A stretch of DNA of 64,000 nucleotides from NCBI GenBank assembly GCA_965261005.1, contig OZ253376.1, forward strand, positions 32,001 to 96,000. Reading direction: 5' to 3'. This document shows, in pieces, positions 59,377-64,000 of the stretch; the stretch's first letter is position 1; every line of letters begins with the position of its first letter. The notes under the pieces were generated by a model. That model was not told the DNA's origin, did not search any database, and worked only from the letters and a program-made list of their open reading frames with translations. Source of the stretch: Deinococcus sp. (lineage in GTDB: Bacteria; Deinococcota; Deinococci; Deinococcales; Deinococcaceae). The position numbers were made by a program, and so were the translations under genes.

Positions 59377-60855
59377 ATGAAGACGTTCGTTCTGACCGCC
59401 CTGCTGCTGTCAAGCGCCGCCAGCGCGCAGCGCACGACCAACACGCTGAACGTGGCCATCGCCGCCGAGCCGCCGCTGCTCGACCCCACCGCGTCGCCGT
59501 CGGCGGAAATCGCGCGGGTCTTCAACCTCAACGTCATGCAGGGACTGCTGACCGTGGACGCGGGGGGCAAGCTCGCGCCGCTGCTCGCGACCGGCTACAG
59601 CGTGGCCCCGGGCGGCCTGACCTACACCTTCAAGCTGCGGCGCGGCGTGAAGTTCCACGACGGCTCGAATTTCGGCGCGGCCGACGTGGTGGCGGCCCTG
59701 AACCGGGCGCGCGATCCCAAGTCGGGTCACACCCACCCCGAGTACTACGCGCGCGTCGCGTCGGTCGCGGCCCCCGACCCAGCCACGGTGGTCGTGAAGC
59801 TGAGCGCCCCCGACAACGATCTGCTGTTCAACCTCGCGCGCGCCGACTCGGTGATCGGGCCGAGGGGCAAAGAGGCCGCCCAAAAGGCCAGCCCCATCGG
59901 CACCGGCCCCTTCAAGTTCACCGCTTGGAACCGCGGCGCCAGCATCGTGCTGACGCGCTGGAACGGCTACTACGACAAGACGCTGCCGCGACTGTCCAAG
60001 GTCACCTTCAAGGTGATTCCCGACCTCAGCGCGCAGCTCGCGGCCTTGCGGGCCGGGGACGTGGACGTGATCGGCTACGGCGTGGGGCCGGAGAACATCC
60101 CGGTGATCCGGGCGGACCCCAACTTGAAGCTGCTGACCGGCGGCTCCACCACCAAGATGACCATCGGCTTCAACAACAGCCGGCCCCCCTTCAACGACGT
60201 GCGGGTGCGCCGGGCGCTCGCCTACGCCACCAACAAGCCCGAGATCGTGCAGGGGTTGTTCTTCGGGCAGGGCGTCCCCATCGGCAGCCACCGCACCCCG
60301 GGCGAGGCCGACTACCTGGACCTCAGCGGCGCCTACCCGTACGACCCGGACAAGGCGCGCGCCCTGCTGAGGGCCGCCGGTTACACGGACGGGAAGCCGC
60401 TCACCTTCACCTTCGATTTGCCCGCCCAGTACCAAAACGAGGTTCGCATCGGCCAGGCGGTCGCCGCGCAGTGGGCCAAGCTGGGCGTCCGGGCGCAGTT
60501 GCGCAGCGTCGAGTTCAGCACCTGGCTCAGCAAGGTCTTTCGGGACGCCGACTACCAAGCGACCGTGATCGGCCACGTCGAGGCCAACGACATCGGCATC
60601 TACGCCGACCCCACGTATTACTTCCGCTACGACAGCCCCCAGTTCCGCGCCACCTTCGAAAAGTACCGGGGTGGCCCGCCCGCCCAGGCGGCGCGGGCGA
60701 TGAGGGACCTGCAACAAAGGCTGTCGGACGACGCCGTGAACGACTGGGTGATGGAATTCCCCACCATCGTGGCGCTGAACAAGGGCGTGCAGGGCTGGAC
60801 GGTCGGCTCCCCCGCCGTGAGCCTCGACGTGACGCGCGTGTTTTGGCAGAAGTAG
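59377..60855 (+). CDS. Peptide/nickel ABC transporter substrate-binding protein (family 5)
   Basis: Signal peptide; YTFKLRRGVKFHDG, PIGTGPF, PFNDVRVRRAL, YDPDKARALL. Confidence 0.92.
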   Translation: MKTFVLTALLLSSAASAQRTTNTLNVAIAAEPPLLDPTASPSAEIARVFNLNVMQGLLTVDAGGKLAPLLATGYSVAPGGLTYTFKLRRGVKFHDGSNFGAADVVAALNRARDPKSGHTHPEYYARVASVAAPDPATVVVKLSAPDNDLLFNLARADSVIGPRGKEAAQKASPIGTGPFKFTAWNRGASIVLTRWNGYYDKTLPRLSKVTFKVIPDLSAQLAALRAGDVDVIGYGVGPENIPVIRADPNLKLLTGGSTTKMTIGFNNSRPPFNDVRVRRALAYATNKPEIVQGLFFGQGVPIGSHRTPGEADYLDLSGAYPYDPDKARALLRAAGYTDGKPLTFTFDLPAQYQNEVRIGQAVAAQWAKLGVRAQLRSVEFSTWLSKVFRDADYQATVIGHVEANDIGIYADPTYYFRYDSPQFRATFEKYRGGPPAQAARAMRDLQQRLSDDAVNDWVMEFPTIVALNKGVQGWTVGSPAVSLDVTRVFWQK

Positions 60856-60865
60856 AAGCAGGGAC

Positions 60866-61789
60866 GTGAACCTTTCCCTGGTCGCGTGGCGCCTGCTGGT
60901 CGCCGTCGCGACCTTGCTCATCGCCAGCTTGATCGTGTTCTTCAGCCTCAGCCTGATTCCCGGCGACCCGGCCCTCAGCTTGCTGGGGGTGGGGGCCTCG
61001 CCGGGGGCGCTGGCGCAGCTGCGCGAGCAACTGGGGCTGAACGCGCCGCCGCCCGTCCGCTACGCGCGCTGGCTGCTCTCGGCGCTGCGCGGCGACCTCG
61101 GCGAGTCCATCCGCTACGGCCAGCCGGTGGCGCCGCTGCTGGGCGGGCGGCTGACCCTGACGCTGACGCTGACGCTGCTGAGCTGGCTGCTCACGACCGG
61201 GCTGGCGCTGGGGTTGGGCATCCTGGCGGCGCGGCGGGCCGGTTCCCCGCTCGACTTCGCGCTGCGCGCCGGGCTGACGCTGCTCTCGGCAATTCCGTCC
61301 TTTTGGCTGGGCCTGCTGCTGATCCTGATGTTCGCGGTGCGGCTGCGGCTGTTGCCGTCCGGCGGCTTCGGCGGGCCGCGCGACCTCATCTTGCCGGTGG
61401 CGGCCTTGGTGCTGGCGCGCGTCAGCTTGCCCGCGCGCATGGTCCGCGCGGGCGTGCTGGAGGCCATGCGGGGCGACTTTGTGCGCACCGCCCGCGCCAA
61501 GGGTCTGGGCGAGCGGGCCGCGCTGCTGCGCCACGCTTTGCGCGCCGCCCTGATCCCGCTGCTGACGGTGCTGGGCCTGGAGTTCGCCGAGCTGCTGACC
61601 AGCAGCGTGATCGTGGAGAACGTCTTCGCGCTGCCGGGGCTGGGCACGCTGACCCTCGGGGCCATCGCGGCGCGCGACTTTCCCCTGGTGCAGGGGGTAA
61701 CGCTGCTGCTGGCCCTGTTGGTGGTGGGGGTGAACTTGCTGGTGGATTTGGCCTACGGCTGGGCCGACCCCAGGGTGCGCTATGGCTAG
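60866..61789 (+). CDS. Peptide ABC transporter permease (DppB/OppB-like)
   Basis: PGDPA, GDLGES, DFVRTARAKGL, HALR, ENVFALPGLG, RDFPLVQG. Confidence 0.92.
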   Translation: MNLSLVAWRLLVAVATLLIASLIVFFSLSLIPGDPALSLLGVGASPGALAQLREQLGLNAPPPVRYARWLLSALRGDLGESIRYGQPVAPLLGGRLTLTLTLTLLSWLLTTGLALGLGILAARRAGSPLDFALRAGLTLLSAIPSFWLGLLLILMFAVRLRLLPSGGFGGPRDLILPVAALVLARVSLPARMVRAGVLEAMRGDFVRTARAKGLGERAALLRHALRAALIPLLTVLGLEFAELLTSSVIVENVFALPGLGTLTLGAIAARDFPLVQGVTLLLALLVVGVNLLVDLAYGWADPRVRYG

Positions 61790-62594
61790 AAGGAGGCTTG
61801 CTCGGCGGAACGCCTCCCTGACCCTGGGCGCGCTGCTGGTGGGCCTGATCGGGGCGGCGGCCCTGCTGAGCTTGCTGTGGCTGCCCGGCGACCCCAACGC
61901 GGGGGACCTGCTGGCGCGGCTAGAGGCTCCCACGGCCGCGCACCCGCTGGGCACCGACGCCTTTGGGCGCGACCTCCTTGCCCGGGTGCTGGTCGGGGCG
62001 CGGCCCGCCCTCGGGGTGGGCCTGGTCGCGGTGGGCGTGGGGCTGGGGCTGGGCTTGCCGCTGGGGCTGCTGGCCGGCTTTTCCGGCGGGTGGCCCGACC
62101 GGCTGCTCACGCTGCTGCTCGACGCGCTGTACGTCTTTCCGACCTTGCTGCTGGTCATGCTGCTGGCAACCGCCTGGGGCGCCGGTTTGCTGCCCGCCAC
62201 GTTGGCCGTCGGTCTCAGCGCCGTGCCGGTTTTCGCGCGCCTCGCCCGCGCAGGCGCCCTGTCGGTGAGAAGCGAGCCGTACGTCGAGGCGGCCCGCGCC
62301 CTGGGCGCCGCGCCGGGCCGGGTGCTGTGGCGGCACGTCCTGCCGGGCGTCGTCTCGCCGCTGACCGTGCAGGCGAGCTTCACGCTGGGGGGGGCCATCC
62401 TGATCGAGGGGGCGCTGTCCTACCTGGGCCTGGGCCTTCAGCCACCCCAGGCCAGCTGGGGCAACATGCTGCGCGAGGCGCAAAGCTACCTGTACCTCTC
62501 GGCCTACCCGACCCTGGTTCCGGGGGCGGCCATCGCCCTCGGCGTGCTCGGCTTCAACCTGCTGGGGGACGGCTTGCGGGAGCGGAACCGCTGA
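61782..62594 (+). CDS. Peptide ABC transporter permease (DppC/OppC-like)
   Basis: HPLGTDAFGRD, YVEAARALG, LSYLGLG, SWGNML, FNLLGDGLR. Confidence 0.92.
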   Translation: MARRRLARRNASLTLGALLVGLIGAAALLSLLWLPGDPNAGDLLARLEAPTAAHPLGTDAFGRDLLARVLVGARPALGVGLVAVGVGLGLGLPLGLLAGFSGGWPDRLLTLLLDALYVFPTLLLVMLLATAWGAGLLPATLAVGLSAVPVFARLARAGALSVRSEPYVEAARALGAAPGRVLWRHVLPGVVSPLTVQASFTLGGAILIEGALSYLGLGLQPPQASWGNMLREAQSYLYLSAYPTLVPGAAIALGVLGFNLLGDGLRERNR

Positions 62595-62720
62595 TTTGGC
62601 GCCGGTATTGGCAAACAAACCCCGAGAATTGCTGCGCTGTGCCCCCGCTCTTCGGTCGCTTGGCGCAGGGGATAGCCAGCGGCGCCGACGGCACGGCCGA
62701 ACAGCCCACGTTGCTTGCGA

Positions 62721-63724
62721 TCAGGAAGATGCTTCTGCTGGTTTCCCAAAGACGTTCGCCTCGTCGTCATACCAGTCGTAAGGAAAATGCTCCATGTAGT
62801 CGGAGAACTTAAGGATTATTCTTGTCATGCAGCTCAACATGTTCTCAGCCACAGAAGACAAATCTGTGCCAGGAAGGGCGAGAGATGCGGTGGAAAAGAC
62901 CAAAGTACCGGTTTCCTCAGTATATGAAGTTAAGTATCGAGATTTCTTTCGGTATTCATCCAGCTTTTCCTGAACGAAGACGTACTTTTCGTCGTCATGA
63001 AAGGTTTGTTGAAAGCCTTTGGTTCCGACGCGCAGGCGGCAGAGGTTGGACCAGCCGGGGTCGGGCACTTCCAGCATCACGGGTCCCGAGCGGACGAAGA
63101 AGACGTTCCCTTCCTTGCCGACCAATTCGGTGTCATGCTGCTTGCCAAGCCAGGCCAGCAGCGCTTGCGTCGCGTTGGGTAGTGCTGCAACAAGCCGAGA
63201 CGGAATCCCCCACCCCAAGCGGGCGGCGCTTCAACTGGCATGGCGGACAGTTGCAGGTACGTACGAGCCAACTCGACACCGCGCGCCACCATGTACAGCA
63301 CCAAGTCCACCAGCAAATCCGCGCGAACCTGCATGTGCTTGAAACAGGAGAAGCCGATGGAGAGGTCGCCTGTTTCCGGATCGAAGATGGGCCGGCACCC
63401 GGGGTTCTGGAAGGCCACGTAGTCGAGGCAACGGTAGGCGTGCGCTTTCTCCTCGACCGTCTGACAGCGCCGGATATTGAGTTCGGGAATGAGGGACCGA
63501 ACTATCAGATCGCGTGGGACACCCCAGAAGACCCTGAAGGCCATACCATGCCGCGTGAAGGAAAGGGTCTCCTGCTCCTCGTCATCCTGATACTCGATCT
63601 TCTCGTGGTCGAGCCACCACTTGAAGATGTCGCGGATGGACATCTCGTCCGTGTTCGGCACTTCGACACCACCGCGCAGGTGCGGCTTAGGTTTGGTGAC
63701 CAAGGCTTTGAGCAAGGCGAACAT
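62721..63724 (-). pseudogene. Probable single frameshifted hypothetical gene (ORFs 63077-63724 and 62721-63218)
   Basis: Two overlapping same-strand ORFs. The protein-like sequence switches frame at a G4-T-G5 run (63207-63216), and the downstream ORF lacks a clear RBS or ATG. Confidence 0.5.
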
Positions 63725-63727
63725 CAG

Positions 63728-64000
63728 CTATTGCCCTTCTTCAGAAAAGTACTTGGCGGGCGAGTTGTCCTTCAAGTCTTCGGGCACCTTGTTCCAGTCC
63801 AGGCCGTTGTCCTCCTTAAACTGCTCCTGCGTGCCTTCGAGCCACTCTTTCCAGAGGGGCTTCTCGGGTGCCGTGGTGGAGTCGGAAGCGGTATACAGCT
63901 TCTTGAGGCGGGCTTTCAGGTCGGTCTGGATGAGGGTGCTGCCACTCTCCGTAGCGCTCTCGGCGTACTTCGCGCTCAGGGTGGACAGCAGACCGTCTTC
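63728..64000 (-). CDS. C-terminal part of a hypothetical protein (runs off the right edge)
   Basis: Open frame EDGLLSTLSAKYAES...PLWKEWLEG...KYFSEEGQ ending in TAG 3 nt before the next ATG. Confidence 0.6.
   Translation of the reverse strand, partial: EDGLLSTLSAKYAESATESGSTLIQTDLKARLKKLYTASDSTTAPEKPLWKEWLEGTQEQFKEDNGLDWNKVPEDLKDNSPAKYFSEEGQ

Overview
This is a high-GC bacterial accessory region. The host is most likely Deinococcus: this is inferred from gene content and from many leaderless genes with a TAnnnT -10 box 6-7 nt upstream of the start codon. From left to right it holds: membrane proteins and Mn-catalase; a copper module (glutaredoxin-like protein, copZ, copA, with CsoR-type operators); a small secreted propeptide gene directly upstream of a TPR-GGDEF diguanylate cyclase; a detoxification/regulator patch (two AraC, SDR, DUF1801, MFS, CMD, MBL-fold, cupin, GntR, erythromycin-esterase family); an alditol-oxidase-like gene with a GT4/GT4/GH130 cluster; a Phd-PIN toxin-antitoxin pair; a deletion-fused preT/mmsA pseudogene; a UDG-family gene; a Pel/galactosaminogalactan-like exopolysaccharide locus (PelF-like GT4, PelG-like membrane protein, NDP-sugar enzymes, Agd3-like deacetylase, PelA-like and GH114 hydrolases, SARP/BTAD regulator); psuK/psuG; a caa3-type oxidase operon with altered proton-channel residues that continues into a gluconate-2-dehydrogenase-like module; a peptide ABC transporter lacking ATPase genes; and a lower-GC unknown segment at the right edge. 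I saw no rRNA, tRNA, CRISPR array or intact transposase. The best novelty candidate is the propeptide/TPR-diguanylate-cyclase pair, which could be RRNPP-like peptide signalling wired to c-di-GMP. All family calls come from motif recognition, not database searches.
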